A stretch of DNA of 64,000 nucleotides from Mytilus edulis (lineage: Eukaryota). Both the position numbers and the translations under genes were made by a program. Location: the NCBI RefSeq assembly GCF_963676685.1, contig NC_092349.1, forward strand, positions 82,956,001 through 83,020,000. The letters are read 5' to 3'. Shown here piece after piece: positions 12,461-26,338 of this stretch. Positions within the stretch are counted from its first letter, which is position 1. Every line of letters starts with the position of its first letter. A model generated the notes under the pieces. The model made no database searches. It was not told where the DNA came from and saw only the letters and a program-made list of their open reading frames with translations.

Positions 12461-14261
12461 GCAGAGAGCGTGACACTCTCTCTATGTACACATATTGACC
12501 ACATGTGGCTGCAGAGAACATGACATTCTCTCTATGTATACATATTGACCACACGTGGCTGCAGAGAGCGTGACATTCTCTCTACGTACACATATTGACC
12601 ACACGTGGCTGCAGAGAGCGTGACACTCTCTCTATGTACACATATTGACCACACGTGGCTGCAGAGAGCATGACATTCTCTCTACGTATACATATTGACC
12701 ACACGTGGCTGCAGAGAGCGTGACATTCTCTCTACGTACACATATTGACCACACGTGGCTGCAGAGAGCGTGACACTCTCTCTATGTACACATATTGACC
12801 ACACATGGCTGCAGAGAACGTGACACTCTCTCTATGTCCCCATACTGACCACACGTGGCTGTAGAGAGCGTGACACTCTGTCTACGTACACATATTGACC
12901 ACACGTGGCTGCAGAGAGCGTGACACTCTCTACGTACACATATTGACCACACGTGGCTGCAGAGAGCGTGACACTCTATCTACGTACACATATTGACCAC
13001 ACGTGGCTGCAGAGAGCGTGACACTCTCTCTACGTACACATATTGACCACACGTGGCTGCAGAGAACGTGACACTCTCTCTATGTCCCCATACTGACCAC
13101 ACGTGACTGCAGAGAGCGTGACACTCTCTCTATGTACACATATTGACCACACATGGCTGCAGAGAACGTGACACTCTCTCTACGTACACATATTGACCAC
13201 ATGTGGCTGCAGAGAGCGTGACACTCTCTCTATGTACACATATTGACCACACGTGGCTGCAGAGAGCGTGACACTCTCTCTATGTACACATATTGACCAC
13301 ACATGGCTGCAGAGAGCGTGACACTCTCTCTATGTACACATATTGACCACACGTGGCTGCAGAGAACGTGACACTCTCTCTATGTCCCCATACTGACCAC
13401 ACGTGACTGCAGAGAGCGTGACACTCTCTCTATGTACACATATTGACCACACATGGCTGCAGAGAACGTGACACTCTCTCTACGTACACATATTGACCAC
13501 ATGTGGCTGCAGAGAGCGTGACACTCTCTCTATGTACACATATTGACCACACGTGGCTGCAGAGAGCGTGACACTCTCTCTATGTACACATATTGACCAC
13601 ACGTGGCTGCAGAGAACGTGACACTCTCTCTACGTACACATATTGACCACACGTGGCTGCAGAGAGCGTGACCCTCTCTCTATGTCCCCATATTGACCAC
13701 ACGTGGCTGCAGAGAGCGTGACACTCTCTCTACGTCCCCATACTGACCACACGTGGCTGCAGAGAGCGTGACACTCTCTCTATATCCCCATACTGACCAC
13801 ACGTGACTGCAGAGAGTGTGACACTCTCTCTACGTACACATATTGACCACACGTGACTGCAGAGAGCGTGACACTCTCTCTACGTACACATATTGACCAC
13901 ACGTGGCTGCAGAGAACGTGACACTCTCTCTACGTACACATATTGACCACACGTGGCTGCAGAGAGCGTGACACTCTCTCTATGTCCCCATACTGACCAC
14001 ACGTGACTGCAGAGAGCGTGACACTCTCTCTACGTCCCCATACTGACCACACGTGGCTGCAGAGAACGGGACATTCTATGTCCCCATACTGACCACACGT
14101 GACTGCAGAGAGCGTGACACTCTCTCTACGTACACATATTGACCACACATGGCTGCAGAGAACGGGACATTCTCTCTATGTCCCCATACTGACCACACGT
14201 GGATGTAGTCTAGAGAGCGTGACATTCTCTCTATGTCCCCATTCTGACTACAAGTGGCTGC
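12461..14261. repeat. 50-bp minisatellite, about 36 copies
   Basis: Unit gcagagagcgtgacactctctctatgtacacatattgaccacacgtggct with recurring variants. Confidence 0.95.
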
Positions 14262-14964
14262 AAATTGTACATACTGCAGCCAAACGGACGATCACCTTTA
14301 TCAAAGGTGATACTGGTGCGCTGCTTGTCGGAAGAAGCTAGACTAATGATTGACTATAATTCTATACCATAAGTCAACCCTCGGGTTACATGGTAATTGA
14401 AGCTATAATGTATCTGAGTTCTAGATACATGTTTCTTAGTACATAAACCAGATCATTTAACTTTGACATACATTTCAAATATATGTTCAGTACCGTAAGG
14501 GCAAACATATATGGCATTTGATGTCATGAAAGCAACAAGCATGAAAAGAAAAAGAAAAAACACTCGACAAATTTGCCATATATAGAATGTAAGGTAAACT
14601 AGGATCATGTGAAGGCGTAGGCATCAACTATTTGCCACTAGATAAAAACACACAAGCATGTAAAGGCATACGCATCAAATGTTTGCCACTGGACGTTCAT
14701 ATGATACTTTTCTAAAAGTAAGAGATGTCAACAGTGCAAGACAGATTATGTGCAGCAATAGGATATAGTAGTAACAACTGGTAAACATTCACAAGATTCA
14801 ATGAAACAAAACTTAAGCTGAAATACATAATGGAATAAGAAAAGAACATGTTCATGACTGACTGAACCTATTAGTAACATGGCAGGATCCAACAGTAGAA
14901 TAGGAATTGCCTTCACTTTCTTGAGAACATAAGTTCAACTCAATCTAGTATTTGTTTGTGTTAA

Positions 14965-15590
14965 GAGAGACAGACGGTACTAAATGGATATCAAACGCGT
15001 AATTAAAAAATGTTGGCAATGCAATAGCGAAAAATTCTCAATAAACCAACATCATTTCACAACATAGAAAAGTTAAGAAGTAGCAAAGCAAACCACCTAA
15101 AAACAGGGGCGATCTCGTGTTCTGGAAGAATAAGCAGATCCTGGACTGCACGTGGCATCCATCTAGAAGATCGTGTAAATACAGTCACACCCTGTGATAA
15201 TTCAAATTCCGTAGTCCACTTTCGCGGAAAAGGATACATATTTAATGTTTCAAACAATTAGAACAGATCTGTCATTATCTGTGAAAATAATACTTTAAAA
15301 CAATCAAACAAACTTGAAATGGTGTCTGTAAAACCTTTGGAGGGATAATTTTAACTTCACCACTTGAACCTCTTGGTTAAATAGCTTCCTTGTTAGGAGC
15401 AGTTCTAGATCAAGGAAATCATAAAAGGAAATAAAAGCCTGAGAATATCATATCAACTGAGAGATATATGGTAAATATGCAGGCTCTGATGGACTGCTGC
15501 TTCATATAAATGGAAGGAGCAGAGTGCTGCTTCATAGAAATGGAAAGTTCACAATTGGGAAACTGAAATCATCTCTTCTGTCCTAAAGTT
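14965..15590 (-). mobile_element. Degenerate Penelope-like 3' fragment
   Basis: Collinear similarity with 55538-56110 and 62455-62960 (e.g. agaaatggaaagttcacaattg, aacttcaccacttg). Confidence 0.55.
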
Positions 15591-16414
15591 ATTATTCTCA
15601 TCTGTTAAATGTTTTTTAACCATAAATTTTCTGTGTTTTTGTGTTTTGTGGATTTTCTTCTTGTCCTTTTTGTATTTGCCAATGGTGTTGTCAGTTTTTA
15701 TTAGACTTTTGGTTCTTTATTGTCTCCTTTGTATTGTTTTCTTTATTTTTTCCCCATGTCATTGGCATAACAAATGTTAAAACCATTTACTGTAAATTCA
15801 GAACTAATTGCATGCATCTATTACTGTTATTTTGCTATAACAGACCAAAATGCAAAATTAATTATTGCCATAACTTGAAAAGCTGAATACAAATTAATTT
15901 GTTTGCTTTCAGAATGAGAATTATTGCAGTACTCACCAAAGTCACATAATTTGCAATAATCTTATGAAATTGCAGAAAAAAATGGTGTTGTCTCAATATT
16001 CAGGTATTGATAGCTACCCAAACTTTGTACAATACAAGAACAAACAGGAAACGGATATGGACAAATAAACATATTTTTTTTACAAATGATGTTTTATTAG
16101 CTCAATCAGTTAAAATTTACATCTTTATGCATGATTGTTTACAAATAACATTACTGTACCAACTTTGTTTATTACAATACAGATTCCTTAGGCATAACTG
16201 TAAAGTTAACTACTCCATAATACACATTCATTATATAGAGGACTTTGTTTTGTCCTAATCTTAATCTTCAAAGAACTGTGCATAAGGGAGACTACTTAAA
16301 AGAACAAAAATAAACTCTTGCATTGCACTATACTTGTCTGGTTCGTTACAATAGCAAAGCAGAGATAAAATAACATGGTAAAATAAATCAATACAATTCT
16401 ACTTGTTTATATTA

Positions 16415-16599
16415 CAGTGTAACCTGCTTAATCCAACACCAGAGTATTACAACAGTTACATCGAGCTTTAACCCAACACATTTTTATGGTCCAAAAAACA
16501 AATGCCTATCCATGCAAAAAAACCTGAGAGTTCAGACACCCTGCTTAATTCAAAATTTTTCCTGGTCTCCTAGTGTGTTGGATAGTACAGGTTACACTG
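16415..16599. mobile_element. Tc1/mariner (pogo/Tigger-like) MITE
   Basis: TIRs cagtgtaacctg..atccaacac / gtgttggat..caggttacactg, with TA on both sides. Confidence 0.7.
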
Positions 16600-19159
16600 T
16601 ATTTCAAATAACAATAACACTTTATTGATATCAAGTATTGGAAATTTTTGTAAATTATTGTGTCTACATGATGTTTTCATTATTATGAAGTATGTAATCA
16701 GATGATAGTCACTCAATAAGAACTCACATTCTGATATCTGATACATTATTAGTACACAGATTTTCCTCAAATCACAATAATAAATCTGGCATTGTTGTCC
16801 TTTCTACAAAAATCGCAAAAATAAATGCACACAATAATTTCTTCTTTCAACTGTTTTTGCCCCTAAATCTCTACCAAAGCATGTACCCTTAACCATTAAA
16901 TCACTGAATATCGTGGTATGATATACTATCAACTTATAAACTGAATTTTACAGGACAGATTTGTTATGTTTGAAAAATACAGCAAACAAAATAAAGCAAA
17001 TGTATCCCAAACGAACCAAAATAATGGACAACAATTTACATGGAAATAATAAATTTTGTTTACCAAGTTGAAAGGCAACACAAAATAAATGACTGTCTGG
17101 TAATACAGGATAACTAAGCAAAAGCTTTTCCTACAAGGATTAAAAGATACTTGAGCCATACTTGAGTTAAAGGGAATAATATTTACAGTGCACCATATGT
17201 GTAATGTTATTGACCAAATGTAATCACTAAAATGAGTTTCTGGGTGTAGGCTTTTAGGCAATAAAACGTAGAAATTAAAAATTCACAAAATTTCCAATTT
17301 TCTCTAAAATTATGAAAATTAGTGCACACACAAATAAACAGATCCACAGAACTACATGCTTTTTTCAAAGTTTTTAGACTTGTGATCCTTTCAATACTAA
17401 TAACATAGTCTTTTAGTGTACTAGTGCGTAAGTCTTATGTTTTACTTAGTTTTACCAAAAGTTTAAAATGCAATTGTACAGAAAAAAAAAGCTTTATAAA
17501 TTCATGGAATGAAGAAAAAATGTATGCAAGACTATGTCTAAGCATAATTGCAATAAAAATTAGGAAAACAATTCTATTACAAACTTTCTTATGTATATGA
17601 ATGATTGTAGTTTAAGTCATCTTATAAAATTTAAATAAAATGTTTAATACTGTTTAACTGTCAATCTTTTCAAAAGACTGTTGACTTGTATTTCAGTGTG
17701 TTTTTGTTAATTCTAAGCACTTATTTGTCTTAATTATGTATACAATCTTAATGTTCTGGTGTTTGCAAAAAAAAATCAAATCTTCTTTTGTTTTTTCTTG
17801 GCAAAATGTGCCATCTTCTTTGTGCTTTTTTTCCAAGTTAAGCATTTAGCTTATGATTAACAAACTGGTGGATAAATTTAATGGTGATGTATATGTTCTG
17901 TTCCCAGTCAAAAAATGGGAATTCAGTGTTAAAAACACGATTCTAGTCTTGTCAATAAAAAAGAAAACAAAATCAAAATGACTAGCAAAAATATCACATG
18001 ATAAAAATGATATATATGAAAAATAATTCACAGTTTAGACCAATATCTTGTTCTCAGACACAACATTTAGAATAAATATCTGAGAAATACATAACTAACA
18101 AGGTTTTAAGCAACATAAATTATAAATCTCTGCAAAAGCATCTATGTTCTGGGTTGAACAGTACTGATATGCATTGATGTAATTAATGCCAGTCAAGATT
18201 TAAAATGATTGAAGTTGAGGAAGCATGCTCAAAATTGTCAAAGATGATACACATTTTTCAGCAACTTTACAACTTTGGAGGCTCATGAGTGAAAATTTTA
18301 TGAGAATTTAATACAATGTAAAAAGTGGAAAGTATTTAGGGCTTTTCCATAATTAATTGTATGGAAAGGGGGAGGCACTTTTATTAAAATTTAAAAGATG
18401 GTGGATATTTAAGAAAGGTTGCTTGTATATTTAAAGGAAATATCCAATTAAAAATAAATGTATGGTGGGGTCAAATAGAAAGTGCCTCCTGACACCCCAC
18501 CACCCCCACATACATTTATTTTTGGAACAGCCCTTTGCAAAAATAGAAGTGAGCTATAATGAAAAAAAATAGTGCAGGCTGTAGATACAAAACTAATGCT
18601 TCTCGACTGATAGTTCTTAAAATAATATGGTAAACAATTTGTATTAGCAAGTGCAATTGTAAACAATATAATTTGTATAAGAAGCACAACTGCAAACAAT
18701 ATAATGTGTATTAGCAAACAATATAACTTGTATTATCAAGCACAATTGCGCTAACAATATAATTCTAATAGCAAGCATAATTGTAAACATTTAAAAAAAA
18801 TAGTAATGTACATGTATCACATCTGTCAAAAAACACTCAATATATGGTCAAAATACATAAACACAAAACACTGATATTGATCCATAATACTAAATATTGA
18901 TATTAGGGCAAATGTAAGACAATAATTGATCTGCTTGAAACTATTTTAGAATAGGATAAAACATTTAATTTCTTTGTCGTTACTTTAAATATGACTGAAA
19001 TTCATATGTGTTAAGTAATACTCATTATGAAAGAAGTGAACTATTTTGTAAATAAACATCTATGATTAAAAAGATGTTTGACTATCATACCTGTCATGTT
19101 TTAAGGCATCTATGTAACCAGAGAATCAGTTATATTCTATACAACCTGAGACATGTACC

Positions 19160-19558
19160 ACTGTGGATTCATTAAAATTCGTTGGATACCAATTTTCTTG
19201 GGTTTCATTGGTCAAATGTTTAACGAATAACAAACTTTCTATAGGCTTTGTATGAAGTGATTGGCAAAACCACAAAATCAAATATCCACAAAAACACAAG
19301 TTTTTCTTAGTATTATTTATTTGATTGCATTGTATCATGTTTGGGGAAGGTTAACTTTCTGGTAATAAGACCCGTCACGGCCTGGCTGGGGAATTGGGTA
19401 GGCAAATGCTCACATTAATCTGTACCAATGCTGGCTCCAAATGTCCTCCTTTATACGCCATTACTCATGGTGGTGCTCCTATTTAAAGGAGGTTCATACG
19501 GAGACAAGACAAGACAATCCACAAAAATTGACACCCACGATAATAAATGAATCCACAG
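19160..19558. mobile_element. MITE, with an unrelated GC-richer insert (~19360-19517) ending in (agaca)n
   Basis: TIRs ctgtggattcatt / aatgaatccacag. Confidence 0.5.
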
Positions 19559-20677
19559 TAACTTATTCCTGCTGATAGCAACATGAATATCAAATACACT
19601 GAATTCTAATATTGAACGTGTTATTTTTAATATGTGATCAAAGCAAATACATGTATGTAGCAGGCATATGTACATACAATACAAGTTTTCCTTCCATTCA
19701 CAAGTTTTTGTACTCAGAACACTCTACATTAAACATAACAACCGATACATTTTCTACACTATCAGAACACATTCACTTTCCTGAGAATCTGAAAATGGAA
19801 ACCCTTTCTCAAAATCTGGTATTGTATTTCATTACAAAACAATGTGTTATAATGGGACAAAAATTGTCATATATAAAAAATGAAATCATCTCACCCGGAA
19901 TCACTGATGTTATAACTTAATCAACGTAATTCCAGAGGGGCACATGAGACACAAACATAGTTAAGGGGAGACAAGTAGTTATAGTTTCTGCAGTCAAATG
20001 AGGTGGGAATTTTTAGGGTTCAACAGGTCAAGGAAGCACTTTAAGCTAATGAGAAATCTGTGATTATGAAAAGTAAAATTGGCAATTGTAAAAATAAACT
20101 GAAAATATTGTAATGAGATCTTTAGACTGTCTGTTCGTCTAATTAAAAAAAAAATGTAGTATACTTGTTGGATTTCACAGTTGGAAAATTTTTGTCCAGA
20201 ATGGATAGTCTGAGACATTTTCACGAGCCTTTAGTGATGAGTACAAGTGTTTCTAGACATTTTATATCATACACAGAGAAAATAAAGGTCCACAATGACC
20301 AACAACTGGACCATCTTAAACATATGGCACAACAATAAAATTATCATAATCAACATTAATAACTTTAACAAAGAGCTAAAATATATTAATAAACTCCATC
20401 AGTAAATAAGTAAGAACAATTCTTATAAAAAAGACTATTATTGAATTAAAATAACATATTACCATTTAGGCCATTGTCTTTAAGCATAGGAGTTTGAGAC
20501 GACTGTAACAGTACGAGAGGTTGTCAATGATAATTATCTATTTACAATTTGTTGGCTTTGAGTCTTTTCTTCATCAGATAATTCATTAACTTGACCTGTA
20601 TGGTGATACACCTCCATACCAAAAACAACACCTGTCTACTCTAAAAGTTACAAAATAGCAGCCTCACCAGGTTGTAT

Positions 20678-20924
20678 AAGATTGATTGGTGTTTAACGCC
20701 ACTTTCAGCACTATTCTGCTATTTAATTGCGGCCAGTTTTAATTGGTGTAGGAAGCAGCAGTCAAAGAAAACCACTGACCTTAAATAAGAAATGTAACAA
20801 TTCTAGTCAATGAAGATTAGAGTTGAATGCACACGCACGAGAAGGGTTTGAACTCAAAATATCAGTGTAGACTGGCTAATGATAACAGAAGTTAAACTAC
20901 TAAGACAACTCTCACATAGGCCCC
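20678..20924 (-). mobile_element. tRNA-derived SINE (degenerate)
   Basis: Minus strand starts ggggcc, carries B-box-like gagttcaaaccc, ends in an (aatc)n-like tail; gttgtat repeated at 20671-20677 and 20926-20932 (candidate TSD). Confidence 0.6.
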
Positions 20925-23052
20925 AGTTGTATGGGAAGACCATTAAATGGATGAAATCATTCTTAAACTATGTCTCTCTTATCTGGAGGAGAGAAATAAT
21001 AGAATAATGTCTAGTTAACGTAAATTTTATTGGATTGTCTCATGTAAACAAAGCTTTTTAAAAGCAAACTTTTATTTAATGTTTAATTCTATCAATTATA
21101 TGTTTGATAAGCAATATGTTGCCATCTTATATAATGTAAGCTTGTTAAATTTTATATATTGTATATAATGTTAGTACATTTCAACATGATGAATAAATAT
21201 ATAAAGTAAAACAAAAAAGTAACAAATTTATACATCTATCACAGGAAACTGTGTCACAAATAAAAATCTACCAGTACATGTGTTATGAATGAAAAATGTA
21301 TTTCTCTTTCACATATGCAAATGCAAAATTGTTGAAAATATGGCTGCACTGTAGCAATACATTTACAGCATTAAGATTAACTATAAATGATGTACATTAC
21401 AAATCATAGCTTGAAATATTTAACTAAAGTAAAATGTTTAAGCATATAATAAGTAGCAATATTTCAAGATACTATCTTTAATTAACACATTTTTGACAAA
21501 CTTGCCCTCATTTATATGTTGAAAAGCTGACATAATATGATTGATTTACCATTTTAGGCATATACACTTCTTTAAAAATTATAAAATGTTGAAGTTTAAA
21601 ACAAACCAAAAAAGAATAACACACACACAATTTGGCACAATGCTATGATTGTATTCTCATTGCTAAGGCCAAGAAAAAATTATGTCTGTTTCAAGATAAC
21701 CTATATACATGTATTCTAATTTCAATAAAAGTCTAGTCTGTTTAACTAAAGTTTTTTTTACAACTCTTATTATAAAATTTGGTGCTTTAATTGAAAATTT
21801 GGATCTTTAAACATATAATCTCTCACAAACAGTTTTCCACAACATGATTTTTCCAATCAGCTTTTAACAACTAAACAATCACAATCTTACTGCAATAAAA
21901 TTGTCTAAACATCAAACATGATAAAACAAAATCTTATGCATCCAATTTTTTTCTAACATACGTGTATCAATAACAACATCACCTTAATCTTAAACTTCTT
22001 TAACATTCTATGTTATGTTGCACCATGTTCTAAAATTACAGCTAAACATATTGAGAGCGTAAATTAATTTTTACTTTTGTGTATACTAGGTGAAACATGA
22101 GTGTGGATGTTTTTTCTTTCATTTCTGTATTCCTTGTATTTTGCCACCCCATTTTTCTTTATTCTTTATTTTCATGCCATATTTTTTTATTTTTTGCTCA
22201 TTTTATAGTTTTAATTTCATTGTCCAACTCGGAAGCAAACAAAACTTAACATCATTGTTTTATGTACACACTTAAGAATATTTGCTGTAAATTCTTCATT
22301 CTATTTACTTTTTACAACTGAGCATTTACACGACCTAAATAAAGCAAATTTAACAATGAGGTATATTTGTCTATCACAAACTTAACAATAAGTTAAAGAA
22401 CAAAATATGCCGCAAATGAAATCTCTTAAGGATCAGTGGAAATTTAAATATTGCTTCTGACAGGAAAAGCATCATTACATCAATAGTAAAATTTGACAAC
22501 CTTGGATGCAGGCTATAGTGTTGGTATACAGATTTATGTGTAATAAGTCTGAAAGTATAAACATTAACAGACACAAAATTTGCACTATTCTATGCTTTTG
22601 TTAAATTTTTCTACAAAAACAAAAAATTAAATTAAAAGTGATATATTTAGATTAAATAATTATTTTTAACTATGAATTTACAAGGGAAAACTTTCTTTGA
22701 TATGAGAGAAGCAAAAATTACAGCTTTTTATTTAAAAGTTATTTTCTTTGATAAAATTGTCAGAATTGATATTCTAAGATGAGGCAGGATAAAAAAAAAA
22801 TTAAATGTGATAGAAAAAAGACATTCATTAATACTTAATCTTTTCAAAATACTGAAAAAAAAAATTGGCAAAACATACTTAAACTACAAAATCTTGAAAT
22901 CTATACATAAACAATGTATATTGTTAAAATTCAACAAAAGGTACATTTACAATAACATCATGTACTCATTAACAAGATATAAAATTTGACTCCCTGAGTC
23001 ATAATTTTTTTGATTTTTCAAAACAATCTACATGTATATCAGATTGCTTTTA

Positions 23053-23384
23053 GGCCATAAAAAAAATTTATTAGCTTCTCTGTTCCTTAGTACCTGTTTT
23101 GTCTGTTTACTTTTACAAAACTCAAAAAATTCTGAAAATTCTTTCACATTTGATGACTGTTTCAAAATAAATCACGATTAGGTATAAAAATTAATCATTA
23201 TTTTAATTGATTGAAATTTCAAATTTGAATGTGAAATTTTAATTTGAAAAGAATGTGACCAAACTTCATGGATTTGCTGATGTCAAGAATACTTCTGTAG
23301 AAAAGATAGAAAACCCCCACCTTCATGTCTAACCTGATGTGTTTAATTTTGGCATGAGAAGTTAAAAACATTTTTTGTATGGCC
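23053..23384. mobile_element. PIF/Harbinger-like MITE overlapping the RNF34 stop codon
   Basis: Imperfect TIRs ggccataaaaaaaattt / acattttttgtatggcc; flanks tta and taa. Confidence 0.6.
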
Positions 23385-23577
23385 TAACTTCTAAAGGTAC
23401 GGACAACTCTAACAACATACTGTCTACAAATTGGACATTCTGAGAGTCTTTTACCACATTCTGTGCAGGAGACCATGTGACCACATTCTAACAGCACACA
23501 ATCCACCATTGCATCCATACAGATCTTACAAACTTCATCTTCAGGGGTTTTACCATTACTCGTTCCACCACTACCTT
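23384..23577 (-). CDS. RNF34: RNF34/RFFL-like E3 ubiquitin ligase, last exon (C3HC4 RING)
   Basis: [48 protein letters not shown]; acceptor ttttAG at 23579-23578, phase 1. Confidence 0.93.
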
Positions 23578-24080
23578 CTAAAATGAAGAAAATAAAACAT
23601 TTTAAAATCAGAAATTCAAAATTCAAAGAATCATATCTTACAGACACAAAAACAAACCCAGAAATGACTTGTCTTTCAAAATATACCACAATCTTTATAA
23701 GATATATGGACATACAAGTTGATCATGTTGATTCCAATATGTTACCCCCGCCCCCAGAGTGGTATTATAAGTTGATTTATACGTAGGATTTTACAAGTCT
23801 TTTTCCATTATCTTTGGTATCTAGGTAAAAAAATGAATAATACAAAAATCTTATATCATTATTATCAGCCTTTTTTCAGATTTTGGTAGTAGTTTGTTGA
23901 TTGAAACACATGTACATGTGTTTCAGCCAATTTCAAACTTGAAAACTTTAATTTCATAGTTTTGTTGGAGTTGCATCAATAAATGTTGTACTTCTATAAG
24001 CATTTAACATTCTTTTTATTTCTGATTCCTTTACTATGAAAGAAAAGAAGAAATGGATTTATACAGTACATTAAACTTAC

Positions 24081-24098
24081 CATCTGCCATCTTTTTGG
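24081..24098 (-). CDS. RNF34: RNF34-like 18-nt microexon (A-K-K-M-A-D)
   Basis: tttacatttcAG|ccaaaaagatggcagatg|GTAAGT; phase 1/1, preserves frame between neighbouring exons. Confidence 0.7.
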
Positions 24099-24657
24099 CT
24101 GAAATGTAAAATAATGACAATGATAATAGAATAAGCCATAATAAATATCTATTTATAAAAAAACTGTGTTACTGAACTTAATCTAATACAGCCTACAAAC
24201 TCATGTTGTAAGGAATATTAAAGTGACTTTTATTTTGTAAGAACGGATAAAAAGTGAGAAAAAATTTCAAGGCGCTTTCCTTTGGTGAATTGTGTTTAAT
24301 TCAAAAGTATATTTGGCTTGATAAGGATAGATAATCATATTTTTTACACATTGATATTGTTAAATATTAGCTACTAATTATAGCCCTTTTATAACAATAT
24401 CAGTACGTAGAAAATCTGTTAATCTGTTTATTGTTGTATCACTGATCTTTTCCTTTCTTTTAGACAGTTAAAGACAAAAGTAAGACTGATAATGTCTCCT
24501 TACACACTGAGATGTGGATGATAATTTCTCCTCAGACACTGTGATGTTGCTGATATCGGCTGCTCACCTTTCAATGCAGTGAAACTAGTATAATATCATT
24601 AATGGAGCTACTGAACAGGGAGATTTAGGCAAGGGCAATCAATGCGATAAAGTACTT

Positions 24658-24847
24658 AGATATAGGAAGATGTGGTGTGAGTGCCAATGAGACAACTCTC
24701 CATCCAAATAACAATTTATAAAAGTAAACCATTATAGGTCAATGTACGGCCTTCAACACGGAGCCTTGGCTCACACCGAACAACAAGCTATAAAGGGCCC
24801 CAAAATTACTAGTGTAAAACCATTCAAATGGGAAAACCAACGGTCTA
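24658..24847. repeat. Dispersed short interspersed repeat (gatgtggt..gccaatgagacaact family)
   Basis: Homologous copies at ~26965-27152 (inverted), ~37735-37830, 48598-48860 and 58446-58856. Confidence 0.65.
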
Positions 24848-25092
24848 GTGTCTTGATAATATCTGATTGAGAACATTCACAGAACATGTCTAGCACACTA
24901 ACATTGGCATCATATATCTTATTACATGGCTAAAGAACTGAAGGTTTACAAAATATTCTTTAGTCATAAAAGAATTAACAAATATATCAGACAAATAACA
25001 GGCGAGTCATACAAAGTTATTATTCTAAAACGGGTTTAAAAGGTAAATGATTAATTTTGAGATGATATATAATTCAGAATATAATTATTTAC

Positions 25093-25297
25093 CCTTTTCT
25101 TCGTTATTTTTATGTTCCTTCCATAATCTAATGACTTTATTCTTCAGTTCCTCTTTTTCTACACAACCTTTGTAATCAACAAAACTTCTAAATAATAATT
25201 CTTTCATTTCCTTCACACTAAGATTGTCTATTGCTTCTAAAGTCTCTATATCACTTATATTCATTCTTTTGGTCTGGTTAGGATCCTTTTTATCTTT
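25093..25297 (-). CDS. RNF34: RNF34-like exon (second SAP/HeH-like helical motif)
   Basis: KDKKDPN...LSVKEMKELLFRSFVDYKGCVEKEELKNKVIRLW; ttttcAG acceptor, G|GTAAAT donor. Confidence 0.9.
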
Positions 25298-25716
25298 CTG
25301 AAAATTCAAATATGAATCATTTTATATGTTACACTTGAATTATTGATAAATGTTCCAACTTCCATAAACAAAACAAAAAACTTGCGCATTAGGAAAGATA
25401 GCAGACACACCAAAAAAATATTATAGATGTGCTGGCTTGCACTTTGACAGAAACAGCCTACATAAAGACATACTCAGACATAATATTCTGAATACATGTA
25501 TTTCTAAATTCATGTTGTTTATGTAGTGACAATTTTGACATTTTACTATGGAGAACATGTTTTAGTGATTGTTACATGGTGTTTTAGTTTGTTATTTTTT
25601 GTTTCAACTTGTTTTTGGTGGTTTTCGAACTCATTTACATATTACCCATACATTATATTTCCTTTGTTTTCTGTTACGGATAAAGCACCGAAATCTAAAA
25701 ACGAAATGAATTTACA

Positions 25717-26003
25717 AACAAGAATGTTTCCATAGTACACAGATGCCCCACTCACACTATCATTTTCTATGTTAAGTGGACCGTGAAGTTGGGGTAAAAA
25801 ATCTAATTTGGCATTTAGATTAGAATGATCATATCATAGGGAACATGTGTACTAAGTCTCAAGTTGATTGGACTTCACCTTCATCAAGAACTACCTCGAC
25901 AATTTTATTTTTTTAACCTGAAGCCGAACAGACGGACAAACAAAAGGACCCACAGACCAGAAAACATAATGCCTCTCTACTATCGTAGGTAGGGCACATA
26001 AAA
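25717..26003 (-). mobile_element. Helentron/HINE element family 2 in RNF34 intron
   Basis: Homologous to 9288-9919 with one core unit. Confidence 0.7.
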
Positions 26004-26104
26004 AATTTGCTGGTTTTACAGTTTACAGATTTTTTTAAATACATGTAATACGGTCAATAGCTCAGGATTTTAATATCCTCTTTTTTTAAGTCATTAGTAT
26101 TTAC

Positions 26105-26338
26105 TGAATGATCAGGATCAGCATTGATTACTGGACGTAAAACCTCCTCTGATTGTCTCAATTCTTCATGCTGTCTCTGTCGTAACCTTGCTGTCCTATC
26201 TTCATCTGTTTCCTGTCTTGGTGAAGTGGTCCTCTGAGGAACCTGGCCTGGTATTCCACCATTGGTAGGGACGGAAGATGACTGAGGTGGTCTTGGTGTC
26301 TGACCTGGGTTATCTACTGATATTACACTTTCAGTATC
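26105..26338 (-). CDS. RNF34: RNF34-like low-complexity linker exon (donor ambiguous: exon end 26105, 26132 or 26144)
   Basis: attttAG acceptor then open phase-0 frame DTESVISVDNPGQTPRPPQSSS...RQETDEDRTARLRQRQHEELRQSEE; three in-frame GT candidates. Confidence 0.75.

Noticed and set aside
10942-14261. Tandem arrays as CRISPR arrays
   Set aside because: Units are contiguous with no unique spacers, there are no cas genes, and the context is eukaryotic.
13930-14341. ORFs in the 50-bp minisatellite
   Set aside because: Repeat-derived periodic peptides without splice or domain support.
15641-22989. Numerous 60-110-aa ORFs
   Set aside because: AT-rich random-like composition, many non-ATG starts, no domains or consistent splice pattern; likely 3' UTR or intergenic.
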